Source of the DNA: Acanthaster planci
Taxonomy: Eukaryota
Assembly (NCBI RefSeq): GCF_001949145.1
Contig: NW_019091362.1
Coordinates: 1,743,838-1,807,837 of the forward strand
Direction of reading: 5' to 3'
Length of the DNA stretch: 64,000 nucleotides
Of this stretch, positions 24,401-47,800 are shown in pieces; position 1 is the stretch's first letter; the number at the start of each line of letters is the position of its first letter. Under the pieces are notes generated by a model. It did no database searches. It was not told the DNA's origin and saw only the letters and a list, made by a program, of their open reading frames with translations. Both the position numbers and the translations under genes were made by a program.

Positions 24401-27400
24401 ATGCAGAAGCAAAGTTTAACCTCAACTCTTTCTCCCATCTCAGTGACTTTGAGGACGGCACCTCCAGGGCACTGGACAACATGGGACGAGTCTACGCCCG
24501 CATCGGCAAGTTTGACCAGGCCATCCAGCACTGGAAGGAGAAGCTGCCTCTGGTCAAGTCCACCCTGGAGGCCACCTGGCTGTACCACGAGATCGGCCGC
24601 TGCCATCTGGAGCTGGGTAACTACCGAGAGGCCCACGACTTTGGGGAGAAGAGCCTGCAGGCTGCCCAGGATGCTGGAGATGATGTCTGGCAGTTGAACG
24701 CTAGCGTTCTCATTGCACAGTCCGAGGGTAAGAAATCTGTTGCCATTGAGTGTATGGGGAAGCAAGGGCTGTGGTAGAGGGAGAAATTATACACAAAAAT
24801 CATCAGTGTTTGATCCTTATTCTAAATTATTTCTGGTAATGGCACAGAGGATTCCTTAAAAGTTCCCTAGGCACTGTAGCTTGCAAGCCTGAAGAAACTT
24901 GTAGAGGGGAGACAGTGAGAAGCATACACTTTTAGAGGTGGGAGGAAAACCGTGGAGGAATATTTCTAGATAAAACTCAGAGAGTCAGGTAGAGATTGAA
25001 AACCCAATCTGCGTTTGAACCTAGCTGGGAATTGAACATGTCCTACAGAAGTAGAAGTCGAGGAAAGAAGTGTTATATCAACCTGATTCCTGATCTAATC
25101 TGTCGCATATCAAGGTTTTGCTGTTGACATGTACAATATCAGATAAACATGCAGAATGCACTGTCAGTGTAATGCTCTCAGCATTACTGAAAGAAAACAT
25201 CACTGGTTGTCGAATATTGTTTACTTCATGTCATGTGTTGTTTGAACGGTTTCGCAGAACCCATTCACTTTTGAGCTAGCTTACTTGATGATACATGGTC
25301 AGAGAATGTCGGATGAGAGTAACTTCACTCTCTTTCATGGTGGTGTTGATCAATCCATTGATCAGTAGATATAAAAATTACCATACATTCTATTTTTGTT
25401 TCTCCTGCTTTGACAACCATTGCCGTGTATTGGAGGTATGGTCAGTTGCAGGTGGCTCTGTTAGGGCTGATGTGGCATGAACCATAAAGCTTTTCCAATC
25501 CCTTCAGACTTTTGTTTCTACCAGCACACTTTTCTTTTTGCTTTTATTTTGTGGTTGGGGTATTTGGATGCTTACCCCATAAATGATCCCAATCGCTGCT
25601 TTGGTAACCTCTCTTGCAGTGGCATTGAAGTTACGTGTTACTTCACCAAGTACACTCAAAAGTGAAAAACAAGAAACTGGCTGTGAAGAAAATCTTTTTT
25701 CCTCATGAGATTAACACCTATGTAGAGAACAATTCAATTTTTTATGAGATTTTGTGTATTAAATCGAACCTTTCTGAATTTATGCATTAATATGAAGAAT
25801 TTGTTGATGGGGACTTGGCATCTTTTTTATAGAGTGACAATAATTTGATTGTCTTATTGGATCTCAAATTATAATTTTGTTCCTTCTTTTGTAGTCAAGC
25901 TTGGAGATCTTCAAGACGCCATTGAGTCCTTCGAGCGTGCCCATGAGATGGCCACGGTGCAAGGTGATGAGCCAGCCCAGCGGGCCATCTCCAAGGCCCT
26001 GGAGGAGCTCAATCAGAGGATTGTGCAAGGCATCCGTGATGGGGATAACCGGGAAGCTGGGGATGTGGAGGCGGAGACGGCTCAGGAGAGACAGGAGGAG
26101 GTTGATGCAGCTCCGAGGGAGCAAATCGAGGAGGAGAAGGAACCGGAGAAAGTGGAGAAAGTTCCAGGTAGGTGTGAGATTGTTGTCTCCAAAGATGGGG
26201 ATCAGTTTCGGGCAAAAACTTGATTTTTTTCAGCTGTAGATTGATGAAAAGATGGCAATTGTTGCAAAGCAGCCTGCTACATCAAGTAGGCTCAAAATGA
26301 AAAACTAGGAAACTGGTTGTTGAGAAGATCTTTTCCTCATGAGATTAACACCTGTGTAGAGTACAATTCAATTTTTGATGAGATTTTGTACATTAAATCT
26401 AACCTTTCTGAATCTACAGTTTGCTTTGTAAGTGCTGTGTGATTTTTCCTTTAATGCCGTGCCACTGGTCCAACATCATATCACAGCCCAAAGCAAAGGC
26501 AAAAAATAAATTGCTTGTGTAAATGTACGGTACACAGCAAGGAATCAATGTAACGTTTTATTAAATTGCTGAATTTCAGGGTGCCTTGAAAACGGTAAAG
26601 GTCCAAAAGTGCTTTCATTGCCAGCTTTGCAAAATACTCTACTTGAATATCTTGTTGGCAACTGTGCTAACTGATCATTGGCTACGGAAGACGAGGAATA
26701 TGTATGAACTGTTTTTTTTACTGAAAATAAAAATTGCCCTGTTCAGAGGAGGTGCCTCAACAGGAAGCCCAGGAGGAGATACAGGAGGATGATTATGAGG
26801 AGCAGTTTGAGGAAGACGAGGACCAGAAGAGTCAGGGACGGCAGAGTGCCCAAGGTTAGCCATGTCGCACCATCAATCACCACTGCGACCATCCTCATCA
26901 TCCATGGATCATCCCCTAAGCCTTTCCTTGACCTTTCCCTAAGCCTTTCCGTGGCTGTAGTGCTGGGAACACGTCGTCCTGCAGTCTCTCCATATCTCAC
27001 GAACCTTCTGATTTTGTGTCCTCCAAATACTTTTTTTTTCAAAACAAAACTTTCTGTGATCTCTTCCTGTAATGGTTCATAGTTACATAAGTCATCGTCA
27101 AACTCATCAGTGAATCATTCCCATCAGTTCTGCCTTCACTGTGGTGCTAGGGACATACGCCATCTTGCTGTTTCTGCTCGTCTTGTAATTCTGCTCTTTC
27201 CTTTTTCCCCCAAAAATACTACTGCTAAATTAAAACTTCTTGTAATTTCTATCACAATCATACTCTTCTCCACTGATCATTCTCATCAGTTCAGCCGTCA
27301 TTATGGTGCCAGGGATGTGTCAACTTGTTTTCTTGATTGATTAAATACCAGCTCAGGTACAGTGTTTGGGAGAATGAGGGGGTTTGCAACATCCATAGCC

Positions 27401-30400
27401 TTCAGCTGCTGACTCAGATCTCCGATTCAAATTCGTTGACTTTGTTCTCAAAGTGCATGAGATACTGGTAGCAGGAGGAGTGATGTAGATTTCCTCATGT
27501 CTCGAGGGGGGGGATGTACAGGGAACCCTCCTCGCCCATCTTGTTTACAGCAGTTTCTTGCCTGTAAACATCAACTCCATTTCAAGAAAGCTAGATCTGC
27601 CCTGGCAGTGTACTTTTCTCATCTTCAAAAAGTCTTTTTCTTGCATCCTTTCTCCTTCAGTCTGATTACAGATATATCTCCAAATACACAACGTTCGTTG
27701 GGTTCTCTGATGAAGCTAATGCATTTAATATAATATGTGACGATAGGAATTATTAAAGAATTTTGAAAAGCAGAATAAAATGATAAATATCCCGGCCCAG
27801 CATCATCAACATTGATAACTGCCCCAACAGGAAGTGGTTAATACTTTCTCTGATTCTCACCATCTTTTAGCTTCTCATAAAGTCATCATGGTCATGTACC
27901 TGTGTACCAGCAGGTCATAGTTCTGTTGCTTCTTTCTTCTCATGAAACCTGGTTCTTATATCCGAGTGCCATTTGTTCCTTCCACAGCTTTTTTGTGTCA
28001 TTCGTTTGAAGTCACTCACTTTTTTGTTAAAAAGGTACTAAAAATGATAGAAAATCATGACACCGGCATGACTGTAAACAGTAGACTTCAAACGTTGACC
28101 TTTTTTAATAATGATTGTTTAGCTGAGTTGAATAATTTGTCCCAACTCCTCAGAGGTGCCACAGGAAATACAGGCAGAACAGGTGGAGGAACAGCAACAG
28201 CCAGAAGAGCAGCAACAAGAGGCAGATATTGTTGATGAAACAGGTACCTGAAAAATGGCTGTCCGGTGGAGGAATCTAACAGAGCTAACAATGTCCAAAC
28301 CTGAACCAGTCCAGCTGTTTTTTGGACTGAGAAATGTAGGATGTCACAGGACACTCAAGTTGGATCAGTTTGAGTATCACTGGGTGTACGACCTTGAAAG
28401 TAGACAGTGTGCAGTACGTAGGAACAGCATGGGGGGAATCAATTTGGTCTGCATTTTATAATTATGTACCTCAGCACTCCAACATATTACCCCTCGCATG
28501 GCCAAACCTTTCCAGTTCAGTCCATGTAATTGATGGTCCAACTCCTGTGAGGTACTAAGTCGGTGTCAGCTTAATACTGTACATGTGCACGTCGATTTTA
28601 TGTATCAGCACTGTGATTGAATAGTAAAGCAGCTGGTTGTTGAAATACAAACACACAAAAGCCGTCCATCTCATGCAAAAAATTGAAACAATACAATGTA
28701 CAGGACGATGTACATAAAATTAGGCTCGGGGCAAGGCACCAGAAGTTTTTATATTTTGTTGATTTGTTGAATAAAAAGATATAGGTTCTGCATGATTTTC
28801 TAGGTTGGGTCAGGTAATTGGAAAAACAGCTATTTTTTTGCTTGCTTGGCCTGATTTTGTTAGTAACAGCTAATGGGGGAAAAAATGGTTGGTTGGGATC
28901 AGAACTGATCCTAATTGTAAAATGTCAATATTTAAGGTCAAGATGTTAAGTCAACATCTTCCGGAGAGAAGCAGGAGGTTGAACCGACAGAAGACATTCC
29001 CACTGAAATAGAGGGACAGGAAGGCAATGCCACTGCTGAGACTCACCCTGAGCAGGAGGTTGAGGATGTAACAAAAGACAGTGATGTTGAGAAAAAAAGC
29101 GGTGAGCATGGGACAGGCTCCACACTATATGGTATCCAGCAGCACTCCATATCATCTGCACTGCTTGGTGGAAAGGGTGTCTGACTCCATGCTCATATAT
29201 AAATCATCCACACAAAACAAAATCTTTTTAACATTGCAAATTATTCTGCTTCTTTTACTTTTTGTTTAGATTTAGTAAACAAGGCCAAGTCATGCTGTAG
29301 AAATATTAACTCTAATTCCTTAGGCAGCTCACACGCATCCTTCAAAATCCTTCATTGTGTGGGAGACTAGTGTCCTGTGCACAATAAAAATGACCCGACG
29401 CCTTCCTTAGTCCTACAAAATCATTGAGTCTTCTTGAATCTCCCGTTGGACTTCAAAGGAAGGGTTAAAGTTAGAGGAGAATGTAAAGTTAAGCATACAG
29501 TAACTCAAGGGTTACTTCAAGGTTTTCCCAAGTTTCTAGTTTTCCTTTTAAAATCTCGAGTCACAGCCTGTTCACTTTTGCATTCCTTCAAATTTACAGG
29601 TTTCATTTAACTACTATTCAGTTCATGCCAAAACTATAAACTGATAATGAAGCTTTCTTCTTGCGTCTCTCTGCAAAGCTAAAATGAAGGACAAACTAAC
29701 TCAAATAACAAATATAAAAGGTCATATTTTGAAAGCTCGGAGCAAGGTTTTCACTAACCCAATGGTATATTGGAAGTACTTGTTTTTTTATTTGCCATGA
29801 AGCTGTTGCAAGTGTTTTGTGGTCGGTAAACGTTCATTTTCTGTGATCTATTGCAGGGTACATATTTCATAGATTATTGAAAGAAAAGACACATTGAGCA
29901 CACAACATACATGTACCTGCACATCATAGAATGCGTCACACTTGTATGGTCACCTCATATCTTGGCATATCTTTGCTTTTGAAAATCATTCACCTATCAG
30001 TTTTGTGCTTTTCATTGTTTTGGCAAATGCAAAGATGATTTCTTATTCCTCATTTTTCATCGATGCATACCATCGTGAATTGCATCCGCCTTGCTTTACC
30101 CAACCAGCCTTGCACGCAGAAAAGCAGCTAGCATTGAGTAGCAGTTCATAATCATAGGCTTTGTTTCCAATTGAAAGATTTCTACGCCATGTTTGCGGGA
30201 CCCAGTTTAGAAAGTTTCTGCCAACAGAGCCACGCTCATTCAATGCACGTTTGAGCATTATAAAGTATACTTAAGAGCCTAACTTCTGAGATGTTGATTC
30301 CATCAATTAAAGCTCCTTGGGCCACAGAGTGCCACAAAGCTGCCTAAGAACATATTTTCTGAGCAGACTTAGGTTTCCGAAACCAAGTCACGTATTCAGA

Positions 30401-31643
30401 CTTCTTCCTACATCCAGAATTCTTCAGCTGGTGTTTTTTTGGCAAGGTACATCACTTTGCTATAAAGTGATAGTTTCTGAATCCTGTTAAGTAATCACAG
30501 CTCAATTTTGGGCCTTGGCCTGAGGCAGGTTGTGCCATTCATTTTTTTACTCAAATTCATGCTTGAAAGTTGTATGTACCTGTTGTCACTGGTCTTTTTT
30601 TACCTTGTGTTTGTAATGTAATTACTGTGTGTTCACACTATGATAAATACTTCTATAAAGATGTTTTTGACTTATAAATTGGCATACATACAACAGTAAT
30701 TTACTACTCTTAAGGTCTGCATGTAGTTCTCATGTTTGTTAATGGCTCATATATTTGCTAACACCAGTGTGTTTAATCTTGCAATTGTTTTTCCATCCAG
30801 CAATCATTTGTAACAGGAAAAGCAAGCCATCTTTCACAGCTTCCAGCAAGACTCTTGTTGACGCTTATTTTTCCCACTTTTGTGTGTGTCATTGCCCATA
30901 TAGCTAAGGCAATTGTGTTCAGATTTACATTTCTGCCTCTGGTGTAGCCATTGCAGCATTGCATCTTCCTTTTTCTCCTGAATTTTGTCAAATCTGTGTC
31001 CATGTATCTGTGCCGTTCAGATTTTATTGAGCCTTGTGTAGGCACCACAGAAATATAAGTATATAGCGTAGACCACCAGACCTTAATTCGAAACCACAAC
31101 TGTGCACCCACAAAAGTTTCATCTGCAAATTTTGTCCAGCGTTTTATTGCTACAGGAGTGTAAATTTTGTTCAGCCAGATGTGGCCCACTGTAGCACATC
31201 ATTTGGTGAGCCCCATCTTGGAATTGGAGAAGCTGAAAAGTTTCTTGGCAGTGCTGTAGTCTTGCTCATCATAAGTTCCTGCACATCCATCAAAAGTGGT
31301 CCAGTCTTAAGCCGAGTCACAAGTTACTCAGATAAGCCGAGATGCAAGCATTCCTCTGTCCTGTGACGGGCTCAATGGCAGCACTGTTGCTTGGTCAAAA
31401 ATACTTCTGACTCGCATGAAATTTGTTTTGTCGTTTTGTTGGAACTCAGACGAAGCCAAGGTGGTGGAAGATGAAGACACTGGAGTGCAGAGAGAAGGAA
31501 GGGACGAGGGCTTGAAAGATGCAAAGAAGAGAGAGCGTCGTGGCTCTGGGTCTTCCACAGCATCGTCTGTGTCGTCTAAATCATCCAAATCCTCCAAGTC
31601 CTCCAAGTCGTCCAAATCCTCCAAATCTAACAAGAGCGATTAG
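12442..31643 (+). CDS. ODAD4: Outer dynein arm-docking complex subunit 4 (TTC25), TPR protein, about 732 aa with all tail exons included
   Basis: Exons 12442-12564, 14482-14613, 16039-16192, 21026-21087, 21521-21704, 22652-22873, 23594-23801, 24444-24727, 25895-26167, 26747-26854, 28154-28243, 28937-29101 and 31450-31643 total 2199 nt, are GT-AG and phase-consistent. TTC25 signatures: AEGDVLYKQGEY, DKNCLVARSKC, KAEALYQMGNFESALMYYHRGNKLRPELQDFRLGIQKAQEAIENSVG, KQLLGELYADK, YLDTRTEFWRQQKPMYAR, SRALDNMGRVYARIGKF, EATWLYHEIGRCHLELG. The last four exons are less certain. Confidence 0.93.
13627..13752 (+). CDS. ODAD4: Alternative first coding exon (1b) of ODAD4/TTC25
   Basis: ATG-initiated, 42 open codons, MDYVDPALEREEQLKLLQSYIGEAEDHMRKRDYQRALESYNL, ending at a phase-0 GTAAGG donor. 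It aligns with exon 1a (..EGDVLYKQGEYRKALESYTT|gt) and joins exon 2 in frame. Confidence 0.75.
14649..14832. mobile_element. Short MITE
   Basis: Inverted termini aaggccggctc ... gaaccggcctt in a TAA/TTA context, with an imperfectly palindromic interior. Confidence 0.55.
15078..15190. repeat. Imperfect palindrome / hairpin MITE
   Basis: tttgaagtatggtggacacaatagggagg ... gctttcctgttgtgtccaccatgcttcaaa are reverse complements with few mismatches. Confidence 0.7.
16258..16876. other. Assembly gap (N run)
   Basis: Run of n in the sequence. Confidence 0.99.
16877..20523 (+). mobile_element. Decayed DIRS1-like tyrosine-recombinase retrotransposon in ODAD4 intron 3
   Basis: About 19440-19990 translates, with stops and frameshifts, to YR-like motifs: RR..SKL*AL, HLIPLIGFLTKDQTP, LWGPVHVMKWYL, TIACW..AIRLAY, RVHDVRAGSASWSY (HxxR), IANICKTACWKS and NLRDV. 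The 3' end has an internal complementary region (20235-20289) pairing with the terminus (20463-20517). The GC-rich upstream part is presumed gag/RT remnant. The left end probably lies in the N gap, so the 5' boundary is uncertain. Confidence 0.8.
23244..23418. mobile_element. Palindromic (hairpin) MITE
   Basis: aatacgggcgactcacgatagtgcgccaccaagagtttgcaacgccttggccaatcacaacgcacgaaatt is nearly the reverse complement of aatttcatgcattgtgattggccaatgcattgcaaacttttggtggcgcactattgtgaaatggccgtatt. Confidence 0.8.
24940..25090 (-). mobile_element. Diverged tRNA-SINE copy (same family as 606-730)
   Basis: The reverse complement reads ggaatcaggttgatataacacttctttcctcgac...gttcaattcc...gattgggttttcaatctctacctgactc, matching the 606-730 head. 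Confidence 0.6.
25647..26413 (+). repeat. Direct repeat pair of about 130 bp bracketing ODAD4 exon 9 (25647-25779 and 26283-26413)
   Basis: Shared caagta..ctcaaaa.tgaaaaac..gaaactgg...ttttcctcatgagattaacacct.tgtagag.acaattcaattttt.atgagattttgt..attaaatc.aacctttctgaat. Confidence 0.85.
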
Positions 31644-34338
31644 CAGTGACGTCCATCCACAAATGTGCCCAGTTTTGTACTGTAAAAATATATTCCTTTT
31701 TATGGAGTGGCACTGGTGTTCACAGCGTGTACATAGATGTTTTTGTATGTTTAAAGAATTTGGTCAGAGATCATGTACCAGGGCTGGGTTCATAACGATA
31801 TCCCTGTGAATTACATTGGGATCATTATTAGATTGTACCCTGTTCGGTTATTCAGCAATGAGCAGTGTGGAAGTCAAAGCAATAACCCACACTTTCAGAA
31901 CCCAGCGATTTTAGAGCTTGACAGAAGAAAGCATGATGCATGATGGCCTCAAAATGGAGCATTGAAAATGTTCAATTTCTTGATCACAACTGGGTCTATT
32001 TGAGTATAAAGAATTTCAGGAACACGCTCAAGAACATCAAGTCGGTTTATGTGCATGCACTGAAAATGTAAAAAAGTCGTCACTGTATTCAGTTTATTGT
32101 ATTGCTTAAATTCCTTCTATTTCATATGTAACAAGTCTTCATTGTACATTGACAATATACCTATGCCTAAACAGTTTGTTGTCCTGCCCTTTTCAGAGCA
32201 TGATAAACACTGCTCATTGCATTCTAAATGAAGAATTTGCGACAGCTGTGGTAATTTCTTGTCAAAGTCTAAAGTAACTTATCTGTATGATAATTACACT
32301 GAAATTGTGTGTCTTCTGCAAGATTATCTCGGTTGACACAGGTGACTTAAAACCATTTTTTTCCCCAGCTATGTTCGATGAACATGGTTCTTTAATGTCA
32401 ATAACAGTGATTTCAATCAAACGCAGAGTTGAAATACTTCATCTATATTGCTTTCATCGTAACCTTTTTCTGAATGTACAAATGCCTGCAATTGAAAAAA
32501 ACAAGAGTCATTCACAAATTTATGATCAATGTTTTATGAATGAATATTCAAAACTGCTTTGATTGCAGGTGGATGGAAAAATGTGATTAATGCAACACAA
32601 ATTCATTCAGTTCCAAGTTTTTCTCACATACATGCAAACTTTAAATACTTTTAGATTCATCCATGCTCCAATGCCTTGGAGGTACATTTCAGTTGCTTTT
32701 TGTGTTAAAAACTACAGATGAATTTGAGTACTGGCAGCTTGGGACTCCACTGTAAACTTCGAGAGAATGCCGTCCACTAGAACATACATATGTGTGAAAA
32801 AAAAGGTGTACCTGTATATTGAGTAAATTTTCAGAATAAAATTCCTTCTCGTGTACATTGAGCAGTTGTTTTCCCTTTCGTTTTTCTTTTGCGATTAAAA
32901 CAGTATCCTGCAATTTCTTTATGAGCACAGGCCCATTTTTGTCTAAAATGTAAAAATGGTAGAAATGTGTTACTTTAAACAGGTATTTTAACCATCAATT
33001 TACATCTGTTCCAATCATCTACAGGTGTCTGAGTTGATTAAACAATTTCATATAATATTGCAGAAAGACATACATGAATATGCTAGTTTTGGCAAAGCAT
33101 GAATTGAGGTACAGAACTGCCATGTCTTATTGGAAATACTTCAATGGCAAAAATGTGGAAGATTTCACAATCAAGTTAGGCTTCATCCTGAGACACACCT
33201 ACACTACTCAAAAAAAGTTACGCACCAATTTTTTGTTAACTTATAATTTTTTTCCAAGCACTGAGTGGGGTCTAGTTCTTGCATTTTTTGTCTAGATGGT
33301 GTTCTCATTGGAATAGAAAATCAAACAAGTGTTTCAAAACATCAAATGTACATTTTCAGCAGAAAAATATCTCATGTAAAAGAAGTATACACAAAGTAAA
33401 AGTGGTCCTGAACTTCCTTTGAGTAGTGAATTTTCGGCACTCTTATCTCAAGATTGGCTTTTTCCAGCAATCTGCTACTGTAAGTCAATCACAAACCATA
33501 ACCCTTGGCACTCTACTTGATGGAACCTTGCACCAACTATTTCAAAATGTTTGATGTATTTTTTCGCTGCAGATTGGAGAAATATTGCACCTTTTTAAAT
33601 AGTTGAAAAAACCTGTTGATAATCTGTTATGGATGCCTAATTATGCTTTACCTTTTGCCCAAATTGCTACAAAAAAGGAAGAAAGAATAAGGCTATCCGT
33701 TTCCTCTTTTCTGGGTATAAAGGACCATTTTCCAGTACTGGACATGTTGGAGAAATTTTTCGTCCTTTTTTAACATGCATTGTCCGCCTGCCAGAAGTGT
33801 GGCCTCACAGAACCACTCATTCAACAGAATCACAGCAAAACCTTTAAATTACAATTATCTTACTGCTGGAATGTCCACAAATTTTTCAGTAGAATTAGAA
33901 AGCTGCACCTTTGCATTATTTTCTGCACTTCTCTGATTACGAAATGGCTGAGGATACGTCTCTCTGCATTTTACATCCAACACCTTTTTTTCTGTTAAGA
34001 GTCCTGATTTCATTTCAGTGCAAACATTTCTTAAAGCTCTGGATGTTTCAGATAGAATCATATTTTGCCAAAACAAGATATCCACTTAAAATTCATATAA
34101 AAAGTACAGATGTACGACTTCATATAATTTGACCAGCACACTTTGGCAATCATTGCACTTACCCTAATTTATAAAGATCCAACACACCCGCATTAGATAT
34201 CAATTTCAAGTCTCTACCTCCAGAAGACACATGGTTTTCTGTGAGAAGTCTGTTGAATATTCATACATAAATGGTTGCCAAACTCAGTGGAAGCTGTTGG
34301 GGATGCTTTCATCTTGCAGTAGCCAGGACGGTGCCATG

Positions 34339-45739
<11,401 letters not shown>

Positions 45740-47493
45740 CTCTGAAGAGCGTTCAAATGCCTACGAGGATTGGAACTTCGAAAGGTTTCTTTTTTTTTTT
45801 TAAATATTGACATTTGGAAAGAGTTCTTCTCCAGCTACCTCTAATGACCACGTGATTCTTGAGTTTTACAAGTGCCAACAAGGTTTGAATAGGCAACAAG
45901 AGCAACTTTTCCACTGATATTTCAGTATATCGGAATCCTGAATGGACTTGTGTTCAATGAAAATGCAAGCTGAAGCACAATCTGTTATGTCTGGTAGATA
46001 AGGAACTCTTGTCTTAAAAGCACATTTCACTGAACAAAATTAACACCAGAAAAGAAGGGTGATTTCAGACCTAGATGTATAGAATACAGAACTGACACAT
46101 GGCTAGAACTGTGGCCGGAGACTATATTCCAAGGACAAGACGAGTCCCATAGTTCTGGGGATAGCCTGTTTTTATCTACATTGCTTTTTTACCTTTTAAA
46201 TTATATTCTTTACAGCCTTTTAAAACTTTTTGTAAAAATTTAGATATGAAGAATTTCCCACACGAATTTCTTCCATCAATTTGTAGATGCCTAGTTACTC
46301 TAATTATAATCAGGATGTGGCTGAAAACATCCTCTGATGACAGGTTTTATGCTTATGTTCAATCTTTGATGACCCGACAATCCTTACCTTTATGACACCC
46401 CTACATTTTTTGTTTCACTCAATGTTTTTGGGACTTTTTTCAAAGTGTGTATGACCGAGTCCAAACTTGTAAAACAATGTAAAATTCCAACCAGTTCTGA
46501 CAGATGAAGACATACAACTGTTATCAGGTGTGGATCCAAGAGAGGGGGGATGTCAAACCCTCTCCCGCTGTTTTGACATGCACAAACACCCACCCAAGTG
46601 TGTATTTGTCTGCAACTGGGGACCCCCTATTGTTCCTCTTTTGTTTGTACTTTAACTTTTTTAGAAGGCCACCTATATGTTTTGTACACAGTTGTCAATC
46701 GGGGACCCTCTGTCAATCGGGGACCTTCTTGTCCTCTATTGTTTAGGGTCCCCAGTTGAATGCAGAAACAAACTCACATCCACCACCCCCACAGGCCACA
46801 CATACCCATTCACACAAATAAATAAAAAGATAAATATAAAAATAATAATTATAGGAACAATGAAGAAAGATGGCATCCTATGATCCTACAACATGTAGGC
46901 CTATTGCAGCTGAATGAAATGAGAAACGGTTTTATCTGAATACGACTTGACTTGGCAACCTGCGCACAAACCCTGCCAGACTGGTCTGAAAAATTCTAAG
47001 TATTTTCTCTGTAAACACTTTTCCCTGCTGAATGTACACTTCAGGACATGACATTACTGTTCAGTACAATCTTGACTTTGGCACACATTTACAGTAGGCC
47101 TACTCCCTGTTGAGTTGATTAGGCCACGGAGGAATAAAACACATATGCATTAGGCCTACCCAACGAATGGATTTCTATCAAAGGCAAATCATATCTGGAT
47201 GGAATGCAATACATTTGACATGTTTGAGCAAGATTAAAGACTGTGCTGAATATCATTTTGTGATGATTAATAGGCCTATACTAATTTAGCTTTAACCCTG
47301 TTTAAGGTGAGTGATGTACATGTACATCATGTACCTAGCCCAGGTTGGACGTCGTTGTCTTCATTTCATTACGACTACAGTACGGTCAGGGAGTCCACCT
47401 GGGCCGGCTAGTCATGTAGACCTACCTATAGAATAATTTTATCATGTTTATGGTACTGGCATGATAATATTTTCAAACAGCACGGTGCACTAC

Positions 47494-47800
47494 CTTCTTC
47501 AACTTCCCTTTTGTGTGAATCTCCACGACTCCAGGCCTAAATGATGTATTCTCAGTCGTCAAGCTGAAGACGAAAATCCGGCGCGGAAGTACGTCCGCAC
47601 AAGTTGCTTGTTCAAGTTATGGGCCTATTTGCTTGCTGGCCTTTTTAAAAAACAGCGCCCTCCATTGACTGCACGAGTTGGGGCGTGGCCACGGACTTAC
47701 ATTTAAAGTGGGCCGGTTTTATGAGACAAGGGTCAAATTTGAAACAAACCTCGTTTCCGTTTTGAAGCGGGGTACTCTCTAGAAGCAAGCCAATGGGACA
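47494..47800 (-). promoter_or_regulatory. Putative PRMT2 non-coding first exon and housekeeping-type promoter
   Basis: A - strand donor gaag|gtagtg at 47494/47493 would splice to the acceptor at 45760. The region is locally CpG-rich, with an ETS motif gcggaagt (47583-47590), a GC box gggcgtggc (about 47681) and a CCAAT (47791). Confidence 0.5.

Noticed and set aside
29900..31350. Coding-like minus-strand stretch (138-aa ORF 30773-31189) in the last ODAD4 intron
   Set aside because: Interrupted by stops with no recognisable motif. It may be a decayed transposon but cannot be assigned without a search.
31328..31633. Minus-strand ORF with LDDLED repeats
   Set aside because: It is the antisense mirror of the SSK-coding ODAD4 last exon.
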